Shown here: positions 1 to 13,674 of the stretch, one piece after another
Numbering within the stretch: the first letter of the stretch is position 1
Layout: every line of letters starts with the position of its first letter
Assembly: GCA_951406725.2 (NCBI GenBank)
Contig: OX597818.1
Coordinates: 29,574,001-29,638,000, forward strand
Length of the DNA stretch: 64,000 bases
Origin: Octopus vulgaris
Lineage: Eukaryota
Direction: 5' to 3'
Notes under the pieces: generated by a model
The model's database searches: none
The model's input: the letters and a program-made list of their open reading frames with translations, nothing else
What the model was told of the DNA's origin: nothing
Made by a program: the position numbers and the translations under genes

Positions 1-118
1 TTTATATATGTGTGCGTGTATGTGTGTGTGTGCGTGCGTGTGCGTGCGTGTGCGTGTGCGTGCGTGTGCGCGAATGTGTGTGTGCGTGCGTGTGCGCGAA
101 TGTGTGTGTGAGAGAGAT
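1..118. repeat. Compound (TG)/(TGCG)n microsatellite
   Basis: Direct inspection. Confidence 0.95.
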
Positions 119-549
119 GACTATCGACTCGCTAAAAGAGTATGACCATGACTGACTAAATAAAGTGTGTCACAGCATTACATGTTGTGAGAGCGACAAT
201 GGCTCTTGTATCCTGCCAGCGATTCGACTTTCATACAAATTTTTCTCACCTCTTGCTTGTTCCGGACCATTCTGATGATTTTCTCTGTGCATTCTCGGGA
301 TGCAGCAGGTTCAAGCGCACTCCTTTAAATTTCTGTTGGGTGCAAAATCAAACTTTGCACGCCTACTTACTTTTATCTGGTTTAGAAAACAGTGCATAAA
401 ATGTGATCTGTAAAAAGTAACTTGAAGTTAGATTTCTTAAAGAACAAAGAACAAAAAAAAACAATAAAACTTGGCAAAAAATATTTTGAACCTGGATTTG
501 CACCCCCTAAGCAAATTTCGTTCTCGAGACAGTGTTCATGTACTCAGAT

Positions 550-810
550 CAGTGGTTCTGATCTCAACCAGGGTCCACATGTCCCTTGGGGTTCCATATT
601 AAATTTTTTTTGTTATAAGTTGTGTGCAATAAATTGAATATACTTCTATAATGCACAAAATATTTTAACAATTTTTTTATACAATTTCTAATAATATTTA
701 ATAATAAAAATAATAAGATTTTTCTTAATCATCGAATAGCTATAAGGATCCATCCGAGTAAAATAGGAATCAAAGTGGGTTCGTAGGCAAAAAATGGTCC
801 AGAAGAACTG
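550..810. mobile_element. Decayed hAT-type MITE
   Basis: CAGTGGTTCT..AGAACTG termini; related left end CAGAGGTTCCCAACCTGGGGTCC at about 4813-4865. Confidence 0.5.
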
Positions 811-1353
811 GCCTAGATAAACCGGAGCCATTTATACACGTGAAGCGAATCGCCTCCGGGGTTCTTAGCCAGAATTCGAAATGCAATCTAGATTTTTCTG
901 AGTTCCTTCTTATTGTTCTCGGCATTTGCACTAAGAAATGTATGAGAAGCCAGAGTCATATTTAGACAAGTCCTATTATGTAATGTTTAGACAAGTCCTG
1001 AAGATCCTTAGTTTAAATACAATTCAGACCAGATAACGAAAAATCCTTTGTTTAATTGACCCAATTTAAGTAGGAAAATATCATAGATATAGGGTCCAAA
1101 TTCAACTTTTCCTCTTTCACTAGGCACCTCGCCAACGATCATCGCTCTTTCGTCCGCCTGGTACCTGTTGCCTGGCGGAGGGAGCAGCTCTTGCATGTCA
1201 CCGAGAAACAATACAACTTTCACTTGTCAATCCAAAATCACCCTCCTCACTAATCAAGTTTGGCGGGGTACCAATTTCGTCACCGATGAGACTACCATGG
1301 AACACATAGTAAAGTGTGCATGTTCCCAGTAACATTCGCAAGCAACTTGACAT

Positions 1354-1354
<1 letters not shown>

Positions 1355-1430
<76 letters not shown>

Positions 1431-1432
1431 TA
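1355..1432. repeat. (CA)n microsatellite
   Basis: Direct inspection. Confidence 0.97.
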
Positions 1433-1464
1433 CGTTCGTATGTAGGTACAAAATTATTAAACTG

Positions 1465-2730
1465 GAAATGTCGCACTAAAGTCCACCCTGCGTTCTGACC
1501 CACCAGTTGTCCCGAACAGTCGGACAAAGTGTTGTTGAAAGGCCTCACACATCCTTTCGAGCTCGAGTAATTCGCACCCTTGCTAATCTGTCAGAGACCT
1601 AATGGTGGCTGTGTTGCCTCGTTGCGCCTCCGCTACTCGGGCCCCTCAGGTGGCTCCACTCCTTCATTCTTCAGAGCACGCATCCTAGCTCTGACAACTC
1701 ATCCTTCATGTTTGGCATATAACTGTTGGTCGAGAGCCAACCTCGCCGTCAATACGTAAGACGTGATGCCAGTTCTAAATGCCTCCTTTAATTTCTTAAC
1801 TGGGTCTCCCTCTATTCTATTTCGGTCTAATGCTAGAGCCTTACTATACCTAACCGATTCTGCTTTAATTGCTTTCTTTAGGGCATTCCACCATCTATTG
1901 TTGACGATAGCGCCCGTCAATGCTCTTTTAACTAATGTGCTAATCCGGGCCCTGTAAGCCTAGCGTGCCGTGAACGACGCGTTCATCTTCCAGTAACCAG
2001 GACCCAGCCTGTGGCTCTTATCAAAGTCAAGCGTACAAGTCACAAATTTGTTATCTGTGTAGCTGACTATAGGGAATTGCGGATAATCTACACTATCCCT
2101 TTCCACTGTCCTACAGAATACTCTATCTAGATACAATCAGGACGACCCGATGCAGTTGATCCATGTCCACATTGGCACATTCGGGTGGTCCAGTCGGTAC
2201 CTGTCAGACAGTTGGAAACGTCTGAGCAGGTCTTTGAGGCAGTTACATCCCCTCCTATTACTATCTCTGTCCACGTAGTCTAGATGTGTGTCCAAGGTAG
2301 CGTTCCAATCCCCCACTAAAAGTAAAGGTCGAGACGTTCCTAGGAAAACCTCTAGACGTCGAAAGAAGTCTGGCCGACCTGTTAAGGATGATACATAAGC
2401 TGTTATCAGTCGAAAAGCACACCCATTACTACCATCGACATCCAAGACAACCAGCCTACGTTCCGGGTATAGGAAAATTGCTCTTACTTTGAGGTCCAGA
2501 CTCTTCCGAAGAAGCACCGCGGTGCCACCTCCATTCATTCTCGACAAATACGGAGAAAAATAAATGTCGAAATGTCCGCCGAACATGTGCTGGAAGGCCC
2601 ACGGGTTGTGGAGTTAGGTCTCATTGATGACTATGATATGCACATTTTGTGATTTGATGTCATTTAACAAGTAGCCTTGTTTCCAAGGCGACCCCAAGCC
2701 ATGTACATTTATACAGGCTATTCTGAGCAT
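1465..2730 (-). mobile_element. Tx1/L1-clade LINE ORF2 remnant (APE endonuclease), with stops and frameshifts
   Basis: ATG at 2730 gives MLRIACINVHGL..INET, then GGGTAVLL, LVGDWNA, WTW, LDRVF and GPGYWKMNAS, which are L1/Tx1 endonuclease motifs. No RT follows. Confidence 0.88.
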
Positions 2731-2779
2731 GTTCCTATCGAAAGTTGTGTTTAACACACAAAAGGAAGACGAAAGAGGA

Positions 2780-4300
2780 TGAGAGAGAGAGAGAGAGAGA
2801 GTCGCTTACTGTCCGAAAGTTGTTTGTCCGTCACCTCACAGTCTCCTCGCAGAAGGTTTTTGTACAGTTTTTTAGGGAGATATTTTTGAAATCTCCCTAC
2901 TGCATCCGGGCAGAGAGATTTCAGTGTGTTGTGTGTGTTCTGTGTTATATATATGATTTTAATGGGTTGTGGTGGTGTTGTGCGTGGGCGATTATTTGTT
3001 TTGGTATCGTTTTCTGTTATGGTGGTGTCTGACCTAATTAGGTCTGGATTATTAGTACTTATAGCTGTCAACATTGTGGGGCCATTTGGTGTTTGTGTGT
3101 TCGTGTCAATGTTTTTGTTTTCTGCGGGTGCTTCGGTTTCGGGAGTCGTAAATCTTCCTGCTTTGTCTGTTTACTTCTTTTTTCTTATCTTTTTTTTCAT
3201 CTTTTTACTTTTTCCCCTTTTTTCTCCTTCCCCCTGTGGCCACTTGCCAATCCTCTGAGTCCTCTTCATCTGACGACATGTCGGAGGAATCAAAAAATGG
3301 AAGAAGAGTGTTGGAGTCTATTTCTGAGTGTGTTGATTTTATTGTCGGTGTTGATGTTGGTGTTGGTGTTGGTTGGTGACAGTTGGGATGTGGTGTATGG
3401 GTTTTGGGGTCGAGTATGAGTCCTTTTGTTTTTCTCTTTTTCCTTTGGAGTTGTTGTTGCTGGTGGTGGTGATGGTGTTGTTTCTGTTCTTGGTGGCGCT
3501 GATAGTGGTGTCGTTTAGTTGGGCTGACTTGTTGGTGGCTGATGTTCCTTCACTTGTTGGTAGAGCTGTTTTATCAGTTGTGCATATGGCAGTGTGGGTA
3601 GCAGTGCTGTTTATTTTTTCTTGGTTTTTGGTTTTCTTGTTGTAGTTGTTGTTGATTTTGTTATCGTTGTTGTTGCTGTTGCTGTTGTTTCTGTGATAAT
3701 GGACAATTGATTTATAGGTGTGATTTACTACTACAAACGTAGCAACGCAGTTTTCTGCCTTCGACGGCCACATGCAAATTCGATAAGATTTTGATAAGAT
3801 GTGGAATCCTTTCAATGCTGATTGGATCAACTTGAGCAAGGATTTCTACTTCTTGACCAATCCAATTTTGCTGTTCCAGGACAGTGATTTCTAAGATATG
3901 GATTGCCTCCTCGATATCATAACATATGCCAGACACAAGTCTTTTGATTTGTATCTCAGGGGGCACATCTTTGATTTTCATTTTTGTGACTCTACAACCA
4001 AGGTATGTAGGGATCATCATTAGGTTCTTGCATTCAAAAGACTTTGTGGAGATTTCCTTGGCTCGTTCTAACTTCGATCGTGGCAATTTTTTCCCTCTTG
4101 TGATAAATACTTTAAAGGCCCATATGGGCCTTAAACATTTTTCTACCTTTCTTGGGGGGCGGTTTCGAAAAGTTTTGTTTTTAAGTTGAGTGTTTTGTAA
4201 ATGTTTCTTTTTTTTAATGTTCTCTATGATATTTTGCGGTGTTTGCAGTTGTATAATGTGTTCATCTTTTTTAAACATTGTCTTGCAAGCAAGCAGTTCT
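2780..4300 (-). mobile_element. Tx1-like LINE ORF1 remnant (CCHC zinc knuckle, low-complexity T/N/K tail)
   Basis: VAVEGRKLRCYVCSSKSHL*INC is a CX2CX4HX4C knuckle broken by a stop; it lies directly 5' of ORF2 on the same strand. Confidence 0.72.
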
Positions 4301-4949
4301 TCCTTGCATACATCGAGATTTTAGTGATGTATTTAAAATAATTTATGAAGTGGACAGTTTGACAAACAACAAATATATCAAAAGCATCTTTGGTGACCTC
4401 AAATATAAAATAACAGGACAATTTTAATAAAACAGGATATAAAAGATGTAAACCACAAGCAGATACAGAGCAACTCCTGAATCAAGCAAATAAATCGTTG
4501 AAATAAGAAATAAACAACTCTGTTAAAACAGGATGCAGTAGATAAGCAGCAGGAAAACAATAGCTGAAACGGCCAGCAGGAAACGTATACAAATAAACAA
4601 TTTCCGAAAAACAAGAGCAGGATCTGAAAAACGATATACAGATATAACAGCAGTGAAGCCGACTGGTGAAACAGCATAACAATTGTCGAATGTATCTAAA
4701 CTTCTTTAAGGACCTTAGATACAAAATATCATTCTCAGAAAGAAAACAAAACAACTTTAGCAGAACAGAATATAAATGACCGGCAACCAGCAAACTAATG
4801 AAAGAACTAGAACAGAGGTTCCCAACCTGGGGTCCGCAAAGGTAGTACTGGAGGTCCATGAACTAAATTCAAAATTTCATATATATATATATATATAAGG
4901 AATAAACGACAAAATATGATAGATAAAAAAAGAATCTCTAGTAAAACAC

Positions 4950-5328
4950 GAGGTGGTAAGTAGCTTGCTAACCAACCACATGGTTCCGGGTTCAGTCCCA
5001 CTGCGTGGCATCTTGGGCAAGTGTCTTCTGCTATAGCCCCGGGCCGACCAATGCCTTGTGAGTGAATTTGGTAGACGGAAACTGAAAGAAGCCTGTCGTA
5101 TATATGTATATGTATATATATGTATGTGTGTGTTTGCATTGCTTGACAACCGATGCTGGTGTGTTTACGTCCCCGTCACTTAGCGGTTCGGCAAAAGAGA
5201 CAGATAGAATGAGTACTGGGCTTACAAAGAATAAGTCCCGGGGTCGATTTGCTCGACTAAAGGCGGTGCTCCAGCATGGCCGCAGTCAAATGACTGAAAC
5301 AAGTAAAAGAGTAAAAGAGTAAAGAGTA
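4950..5328 (+). mobile_element. Octopus tRNA-derived SINE, family A
   Basis: A/B-box-like GTGGTAAG..GGGTTCAGTCCC, body ggcaagtgtcttct..gtagacggaaactgaaagaagc, central (TA/TG)n, tail gaaacaagtaaaagagtaaaagagt; many copies in the window. Confidence 0.9.
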
Positions 5329-5613
5329 TAACTTAATAAAACAGAATGAGATTATCAGAGACAAAACGATCCCTCAATTGGCTGATGAGAAACAATATAC
5401 ACTTAAACAATTTCAGAAAATTGAGAAAATGATTTGAGAAACAACATTAATAAAACAGTATCAGGAACCAACCAATGAAAACGAAATTCATTGGCAAAAG
5501 AAATCCACGTTAATGTGTATAGACCTAGATGCTTGTGGAACGCAACAGTGTGAAACTTCAGCCGCAAGGAGAATTCATTTTGAATAACCAAAGGACTCTG
5601 CATTATGTATTAT

Positions 5614-5968
5614 TTTACTTGTTTCAGTTATGCTGGAGTACTACCTTGATCCCATGACTTATTTCTTAAGCCTAGTACTTATTCTATCGGTCTGTTTTGC
5701 CGAACCGCTAAGTTACAGGGAAGTAAACACATCAACACCGGTTGTCAAGCGGTGATGGGGAGGTCAAACACAGACACAAACACACACACACACACAAATA
5801 TACATATATATATATATGACGGGCTTCTTTCAGTTTCCGTCTACCAAATCCACTCACAAGGCTTTGGTTGCCACGAGGCTATATATAGTAGGAGACACTT
5901 GCCCAAGGTGCCATGCAGTGGGACTGAACCTTGAACCATATGGTTGGGAAGATATAAACCTGCGCCTA
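5614..5968 (-). mobile_element. SINE family A copy
   Basis: Reverse complement of the 4950-5328 element. Confidence 0.88.
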
Positions 5969-6010
5969 TATTGAGTGCTTCTTAATTATTTCTTTAACAA
6001 ACTGTGACAT

Positions 6011-6011
<1 letters not shown>

Positions 6012-6083
<72 letters not shown>
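6012..6083. repeat. (TG)n(AG)n microsatellite
   Basis: Direct inspection. Confidence 0.97.
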
Positions 6084-6087
<4 letters not shown>

Positions 6088-6459
6088 AATTTTATATGAC
6101 ATAGGAAGACCGGGTAGAAAGGTGTAAGAGAAAGGAGAATGAGCAAATGTGAAGAATTTATTGGATCACAAACAAAACAGAAATTTTTCGAGTAATTTAT
6201 CCACTGTAGTTAGTTAAGCCGTACTTTCTTTAAACAAGTTATCTCGTCCTTTGAATTATATGCATAAATGCGCGCGCGCACTCCAAAGTGGCTTTACAAC
6301 CAAATTTCCATGTCTTGAATTTGACATGCACAGTGAAATTATGCATTTAGGATAATTCTGATTTCTAGATACATATAGAAGCGACTATATTTGTTTCATA
6401 AGCTGATCAGCTCCTAACAAGATTAATTTTCATCGTGACGATAGTGACGGTTGCAATAG

Positions 6460-6494
6460 TGATGATGATGATGATGATGATAATAATAATAATA

Positions 6495-6561
<67 letters not shown>
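6460..6561. repeat. (GAT)n(AAT)n(ATT)n microsatellite
   Basis: Direct inspection. Confidence 0.97.
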
Positions 6562-6562
<1 letters not shown>

Positions 6563-7759
6563 GTCCTCGGAGGAAATAAAACGTCATAGTATATAATGTT
6601 AAGAACGTTGTAGAAAGCATTAATGAATGTTTCCTTTTATTTTTCATTTAATAACGATCTTAGTTCTATGTCAGCAGAATATATTCCCCTCTTAACTAAG
6701 ATGACGGTATCATCACTACGCAAATGTCAACCGTTCGTTTTACTGGTATATTATTTCGTTTCGTTCATATTTATTTGATGTGAATGTTTGAGTGCATGCA
6801 TCTGTGCTTACATACGCTGGCAAAGTGTAGATATATGTCTGCAAACAACTAAATGCTATTTTAATCCATTACGTTTAATAACAAATCGCTGCGGCAAATA
6901 CATTAATACTAATGCCCTGCATGGCAAAGGACACGTCCAAAGTCGATTAGTGGAAGTAATAATAAACGAGAGACAACGAAAATGATAATAGCAACACCAA
7001 CAACAACGTTACCACCAAGCTTCAGGTATCGAAATAGAAAGTACTCTTTTCAAAGTTAATTCAATTATAAGTAATATTCACTGCCAATCCCGCTCCTTGC
7101 CATCTCACAATTGCAACAGAATCAGAACAATCTTCATTGAAAAGTAATAGAAAAGACATAAATATAATTTACTTCAATATAGAATATTTGAAGAAAGAAG
7201 AAAGGAAAGAAAGAATAAATTATCTGTTAATAGTTTTAAGGATCGAACGTTTGCAATGTACTGTGACTTGATAGGAAAACGCGTAGGGTTACTTCATAGC
7301 AAGAAATATATAAACGAGAAGAAAAAAGATAGTTCACCTGAAATGATTCTAAGCTACGTGATATATGGCTTCCAGAGAGCCACACTAAATTTGAAATAGG
7401 ATATGTGAAATAAATGGGATATTTGGGAGTCACAAAAGACGTTAAAAAATATAACTGCCAGAGATGTACATTCACTTTATTATAATCCTGATATTTCTTT
7501 GCTTATGATTATTTCAACAGCATAAAAATTTAACTTTATGAGAGGCTACTGCTGTCTACTATCTTGTAACTGAAACTAAAATACGAAACACTCACGCTCG
7601 GCAACACTCGAAGATCAAAAGCACAAAAAACACTGGGTGTTGTAAAGTTAGTTTCTAACCTCTGTTCATCCTGTGCAGTTTTACTCCATCATCAGAAAAA
7701 ATTACAAAGTCAGTACGTCTTATATGTATCACAGCACTTTGCGATGACAAAACGTGGCT

Positions 7760-8340
7760 ATACGTTGACTAACCATCTAGAAAAGTACTAACCATCTAGA
7801 AAGTACGTGACAAAATTACAAGATTACAAGAGTATTTTTTTTAATGAGCAATGATTTCCAAGAAAGAAAACATTGACTCAAAATGTTAAAGAAATAGTTG
7901 AAATAGACAATGGTTTACTTGCGTCCTCTGAGATTTGCAAAAAAAAAATTATAAAACCATCGAGTCCCATTTTAGAGGCAAAATTAATTTTATCTGTTGT
8001 GTCAATTATCATTTCAACTGTCATGAAGAAAAGTGCACGTGAAATTACAAAAGCCATCTCTGTGAGTAATTCACCATCATAGCGATGCACTGGAAAACAA
8101 CTAACTAGACAATTTCAAGTGAAAAAAACTTGCATTGCACATCAATGAATCCATTTTAAGTGATGATGAAGCCTTTCTACTGGTGTGTGCTAGGTTTGGG
8201 GGTGATAATCCACTTCATGACAGAATGTTTTTTCCCAAAGATTTACAACTGGTATCAATATTGCAACCATATTGTAAAAAAAGTTTAGATTTATTTCAGG
8301 GTAAATCAAGTTTCCTTCAAAAAGATAAGAAGTGAGGTGC
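7760..8340 (+). mobile_element. Decayed hAT (Buster/Charlie, ZBED5/SCAND3-like) transposase fragment
   Basis: LILSVVSIIISTVMKKSAREITKAISVSNS and LHINES..DEAFLLVCARF resemble the Buster-type IPLSNxTVSRR and LQLDEST..EALLLAYVRF motifs. Confidence 0.65.
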
Positions 8341-8429
8341 AGATATAATGGTTGCATGAAGTATTTTTAAAATTTTATACCTAAATTTTTCGTATATACG
8401 TTAGGATTTTATGTGTAACATAGTTGGCA

Positions 8430-9400
8430 TTGAAATTAGTTGATTAACTGAGATTATTCGTGAAGTTAGAACAAAAAATAATTTCCCAAGAACATATCAA
8501 AGTCTTGCCACCTGAATAAGATAAATCTCGGTAAAAAGGTCAACTAAGACCAAAACATATCTTTTGATTTCACCTGTTAACATTAAAAGCAAAAGTCAGT
8601 TTCATCTCCACCATTCTTATTTTTCAAAGATTTCATCTAGTAAATATATCACTTCATTGTTGATTTTAGATTTTAAGCACTTCTAGAAGTAGTTTTGTCA
8701 ACTAATTGCATAAATAATCTCAGTTAATCGAAGTTTTTCAAATCATATTACGTATGTGAGACTTTGCTATATGTGTATTTAGTATAAAGAACTCTTCCCT
8801 GGGCCACCGTCAATAGTAAGTCGCATAGAAAGTTATTGTAATGAAACTTCAGACATAAGAAATTAATTATAAAATTAATGCTTTGTGACAAAGCGTCTGA
8901 ACACCTGACTACCTGCTGATGTAGTGGCTGTTGAAGGGTGCTCAGCAGCTTTGCTTTTATGTACTTTGGGACAGTAATGTATCACTTCTTAGCAGTAAGA
9001 GTATCTTAGTGAACAGACCGTTGCTTTTACTAGAAAACTTATTCTATTCGGAACGTTGCAAGGTGGTGCAGTTTCCTACTTTTGCTACGATTGACACTGA
9101 ACTGCAAGACAGTTTTTCTGTGTTTAAGTATTTAAAGTGATTCTACAGTAATATGAAAGTCATCCCGCCTTTTCGTATGTTGAATTTCTGCTACTGACTT
9201 ACGGGAGTTTTTGAATGCGAGTGCCAGAATATGTAATGTGCATATAGATTTCAACATAAGATATTCTGCATCGAGCTCCTCTCACAAAATCTAACTCAGC
9301 TCATAAACCTTGTTTGCTTCCTAGTGTTCTTGCTCTTTCAGTCAGTTTTTTGATAAATGTATTTTTTAAGAACAGCATTGAATTGTATAAACTGCTGTTT
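8430..9400 (-). mobile_element. Second, heavily decayed hAT transposase fragment
   Basis: Minus-strand ITIDGGP resembles the TTDGAPAM catalytic motif; many stops. Confidence 0.4.
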
Positions 9401-9614
9401 CTTTGAAAAGAGATATTACATATTCTGTTGCACTAAATTCAATTATTTCACAAATAACCAAGAAAAGTGCACCTTCTTTACCATGATTGTCCATACTTTT
9501 CAATTACAAAAACTGATTGTCTTTCAGTATTCTATCAATTAAAGTATCACATCTGAATGAGGATGTGAACCTAATTAATTGCACCTTAGTTCCTGAAACT
9601 GTTACAAATATGTC

Positions 9615-9779
9615 ACCAGGAGTGGCTGTGTTGTAAGAAGGTTGCTTCCTAACTACATGGTTCCGGGTTCAGTCGCACTGCGTGGCACCTTGGGCAAGTG
9701 TCTTCTACTATAGCCTCGGGCCGACCAAAGCCTTGTGAGTGGATTTGGTAGACGGAAACTGAAAGAACCACGTCGTATT

Positions 9780-9827
<48 letters not shown>

Positions 9828-10132
9828 AATATAAGAGGTAATTTTTTTACCACTATGGTCTTAACCATTAAGAATTGTTCTCTAGAAGACATATGTATGT
9901 ATATGTATATATGTATGTATGTTAGTGCGTCCGACCCCCACCCCCACCCCCCCACCATCGCTTGACAACCGATGTTGGTGTGTTTGCGACCCCGTAACTT
10001 AGCGGATTGACAAAAGATACCGATAAAATAAGTACTAGGCTTGCAAAGAATAAGTTCTGGGGTCGATTTGTTCGACTAAAGACGGTACTCCAGCATGGCC
10101 ACAGTCAAATGACTGAAACAAGTAAAAGAGTA
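9615..10132 (+). mobile_element. SINE family A copy with expanded (TA)n middle
   Basis: Same head and tail as 4950-5328. Confidence 0.9.
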
Positions 10133-10689
10133 AATGTATGCTCTGGGGCTCATTTCAAAAGGTCCGTTTCTGAATAAACTTCTGTGTCCTTGGCTACTGA
10201 TAAATTTTATTCAGTTTCTGAACCTGGTCCTGTAAACTGTGAGATTACGGTATTCTTGAAAAAGTCAAAATTATGATTTTGTACTCTTGAAAAAGTCAAA
10301 ATTATGATTTTGTACTCTTGAAAAAGTTCGAAATTCTTTTATTTCTGCATAGAGTTATGGTCGGGCTTCTCGGTTGAATTCCTCTTTGACGTCATTTTCT
10401 CAGTTTTAAAAACAAATACAACGTTGTGTCAGGCACTACATACAGAATTAGCATCGGTATGCAGGAAATAAGATAACTGAAGTTATTGGATGTGATAGCA
10501 GAAATGAGGTCTTACCTTTAACAGAAAACGTGCAGATTACCAATAACGTCCGGAGCCTAATCTTAATCATTTGTTCAATTTTATGCTACGAGTCAAATGC
10601 TTTGTATCTTGTCATCAAGTTAATCATCGTACCATCATTCTAATCTGATGAGATCATTAACCGACTTATGACACTGATAACAGGACTGG

Positions 10690-12240
10690 TAGCAAAACAG
10701 TATATGCTTTTTGTTTTTTCTTTAGCACTTCACATTTGCGTGCAAATGCGAAATAAATTTGTAATTGTATTCTATTTGTGAAAATAAAAGAGAAATTAAC
10801 TAACCTAAACAATAGCTTTAGATCATATTCCATTAGTGCACAAAATGAGGATGATCAGAGCACATTTTTTTAACAATTTCTAGAATATACGCTTTCAGTA
10901 TATAAAACAAACGTGTATTGTTCTAAAAACTGTTCCAAAATTATGCTTAGGTCATAAATGATTATTTATTCGTTGTTTTACATTGCAAGTAAAGTAACTT
11001 ATTACACTGATATGTCTATTTTATTAGTTCCGTTTAATAAGATTCAATGCTAGTATTTCAATCTGCAGCAATTAAAGGAAGTAGCATATATTGACCTTTT
11101 AATTACACGCCAATCAACAAGAATGTTTCTAAAGGTTCTTAAAATGTTTAAGTTCGTTTCTAGATTTTCGAGTAATCAATGGTGAACTTTGCATCACATT
11201 CAGTGGAACATGTTTTATACTTAGATTGCGGGAGAATGGTACTCAGTAGTATGCAACATAGAAATTTAAGTATCTCAACCAGCCAAGAGTTTTAGACTTC
11301 TTTTTGCTATGCTGCTAAAATGTCATGAGCCATCCAATCCGCTTCAGCTTTTGCTCATGTATCATAAAGGCGTTGACAAAGATTTCCAGCATGAAGCTTA
11401 CTTGATAAATCTCGGCAGAGAAATAGAATTTACAGATGAAACCTACAATTCTGTTTTTATCGATGATCGCAAATATTAAATAACCAAGAACTTTAAAAAT
11501 ATGGCTTCTCTCAACCTAATTACACTGAAGTTAAGAATCTAGCAACAGAAATTTTGTCGCATTAGTAGCGTTTGTCAATGATAATGAATCCAAAGTCACT
11601 ACATATCAAAGGACAATCTTTCCTGTTACTTTTGACGGGGTTCGGCAAGAAGCTACTACTTTGATGTTCAGGTGGAGCTGGAAAGATTTTTTTATTAGTT
11701 TATTATTTGCCAAAGTCCGCCAACGTAAACATAGCTAATACAGTTGTTTCTTAGAGCTATTGCCGCCACAATCTTTTCTAGAAATTGTACAGCACATCCT
11801 ACTTGCAAGCTCATCTTCGACTTGAGCACAAAGGTTTGCAAAAGTACCACGTCGATAACTGTTGAAGGAATAACCGGTTGTGTTAAATGAGATTTTGTTC
11901 TAATATCAGTCTGTTGAATTGTTTTGCAACGTCCGTTCGATTATACAGGTTCTTGTCATTTCTGTTCCGAACGAAAGGTAGTTATGAAGTTAAATATAGG
12001 TTTTATTCATGATGCTTGTAAATAGTTATAGTTTAGCGAGCCGTTATAAGGCGATTCTTTACGCTTAGATGTCCATATGTGTGCAATGCCAATTACCACT
12101 GGATCCTGTAACGATTTAATCAAAACAAAATTCTATATTTTAAATGCAAAATATAGTTATATTTCTGGGATGTTTTCGATTTGACATGCTGATACCGATT
12201 GTATTGAAAATTGCGATACAAATGTTTTAAATGCCAATTA
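10690..12240 (-). mobile_element. Decayed Helitron RepHel N-terminal remnant
   Basis: Frameshifted fragments RKYN.., RIQ.. and HAGNLCQRLYDT*AKAEAD resemble the Helitron IRKYNSAF, FKIQG and GRLFQQYIVDAYAKIE motifs, in the expected order. Confidence 0.55.
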
Positions 12241-12477
12241 CGAAAATCAATCTTTTCTTTTTTTCTTTTTATAGAAATTAATAATAAACTTACGAACCAT
12301 TAAGGTTTAAAATTTTTTTTGTAATTTGATCCAATTAGATCCATCCATTTTCTATATAGCCTCGTAAATTATGGACAGTGTCATGTTTGCTTGTTTTTGC
12401 CTTGTTTCTGAGATTTGACGTTAGTCTTTGAGAAATTAATATTAAAAATGTTGCTTTAAAACATGGCTGTATGGATA

Positions 12478-12842
12478 GGCGCAACTATGCCTGTGTGATT
12501 AAGAAACTTGCTTCCCAACCATGTGGTTTTGGGTTCAATCCCGCTGCACGGCACCTTGGGCAAGAGTCTTCCACTTCAGCACTGGCTGAATTTGGTAGAC
12601 GGAAACCGGAAGCACGTCATATATGTAGATATTTTGTGTGTCTATTCCCACCACCGCTTGACAACCGGTGGTGGTTAGTTTACGTCCCCATAACTTGGAG
12701 TTTCGGCAAAAAAAAAGGGGGGGGGCAGATTGAATAAGTATCAGAGTTACAAATAAGTACTGGGTCCATTTGTTCAACTATACCGCTTTAAGGCGGTACT
12801 CCAGCATGGCTGCAGTTCAATGAGTGAAACAAGTATAAAAGA
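12478..12842 (+). mobile_element. SINE family A copy (diverged)
   Basis: Similarity to 4950-5328. Confidence 0.85.
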
Positions 12843-13446
12843 GGATAATTAACAATTAAAATGTTACAAAATCCTTTATGAACGAAAATGAAATAAAAAC
12901 ACATTAACGTTTGCAATGAAACTCAGCAATGCACAACAGAACCAAATGTTAACCCAAGATGGTTCACAAAATAGATTCAGCTAAGCAAGACGTGATACGA
13001 CGAGAAAAAGAAACAGATCTGGAGGTGCTTAGCAATTCAGTTGACAAACTGCATTTCCATATGTGCTCCATTACACTGTGCCTTGAGTTACACAACTTAA
13101 AACATTGTAAGCGATGTACACTTATAAACGAATCAGCTATTACACACCAGTTGCCTGTAGATGTAAGTGCATCCACCGATCTAAGCACAGAACTAATACA
13201 CATAAGAACATCCTAAGCCGAATTTTTTTTTTAAATACAATATTATTTAAGGTAACAGACTGATTTATAAATCTTCAATTACCTGGTAACCATGAGGACT
13301 ACATAGTATATTCGCCGTAAACTACTACCCCTACATACTCTCACTCGATTTCATCGACCCAACTATCTCGGTATTGAAGCTTTCACCATCAAAACTACAC
13401 CATTATAGAACTCCCTCTCTAAACTTTTCTTCCAGTTTTCTTCCAA

Positions 13447-13674
13447 GGCGGCGAGCTGGCAGAAACGTTAGCACGTCGGAAATGCTTAACGGTATTTCGT
13501 CTGCCGTTACGTTCTAAGTTCAAATTCCGCCGTGGTCGACTTTGCCTTTCATCCTTTCGGGGTCGATAAATTAAGTACCAGTTACGCACTGGGGTCGATA
13601 TAATCGACTTAATCCGTTTGTCTGTCCTTGTTTGTCTTCTCTGTGTTTAGCCCCTTGTGGGTAGTAAAGAAATA
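13447..13674 (+). mobile_element. Octopus tRNA-derived SINE, family B, young copy with 18-bp TSD
   Basis: GGCGGCGAGCTGGCAGAA..GTTCAAATTCC head; TSD TAAACTTTTCTTCCAGTT at 13420-13437 and 13675-13692. Confidence 0.92.

Noticed and set aside
6481-6520. (AAT)n/(ATT)n inverted repeat as a functional hairpin
   Set aside because: A strand-switched microsatellite in a window rich in simple repeats; nothing suggests function.
1198-6647. Low-complexity ORFs (VCVC, HTHT, poly-N) and SINE-derived ORFs
   Set aside because: These are translations of microsatellites, SINEs or the antisense strand of LINE ORF1.
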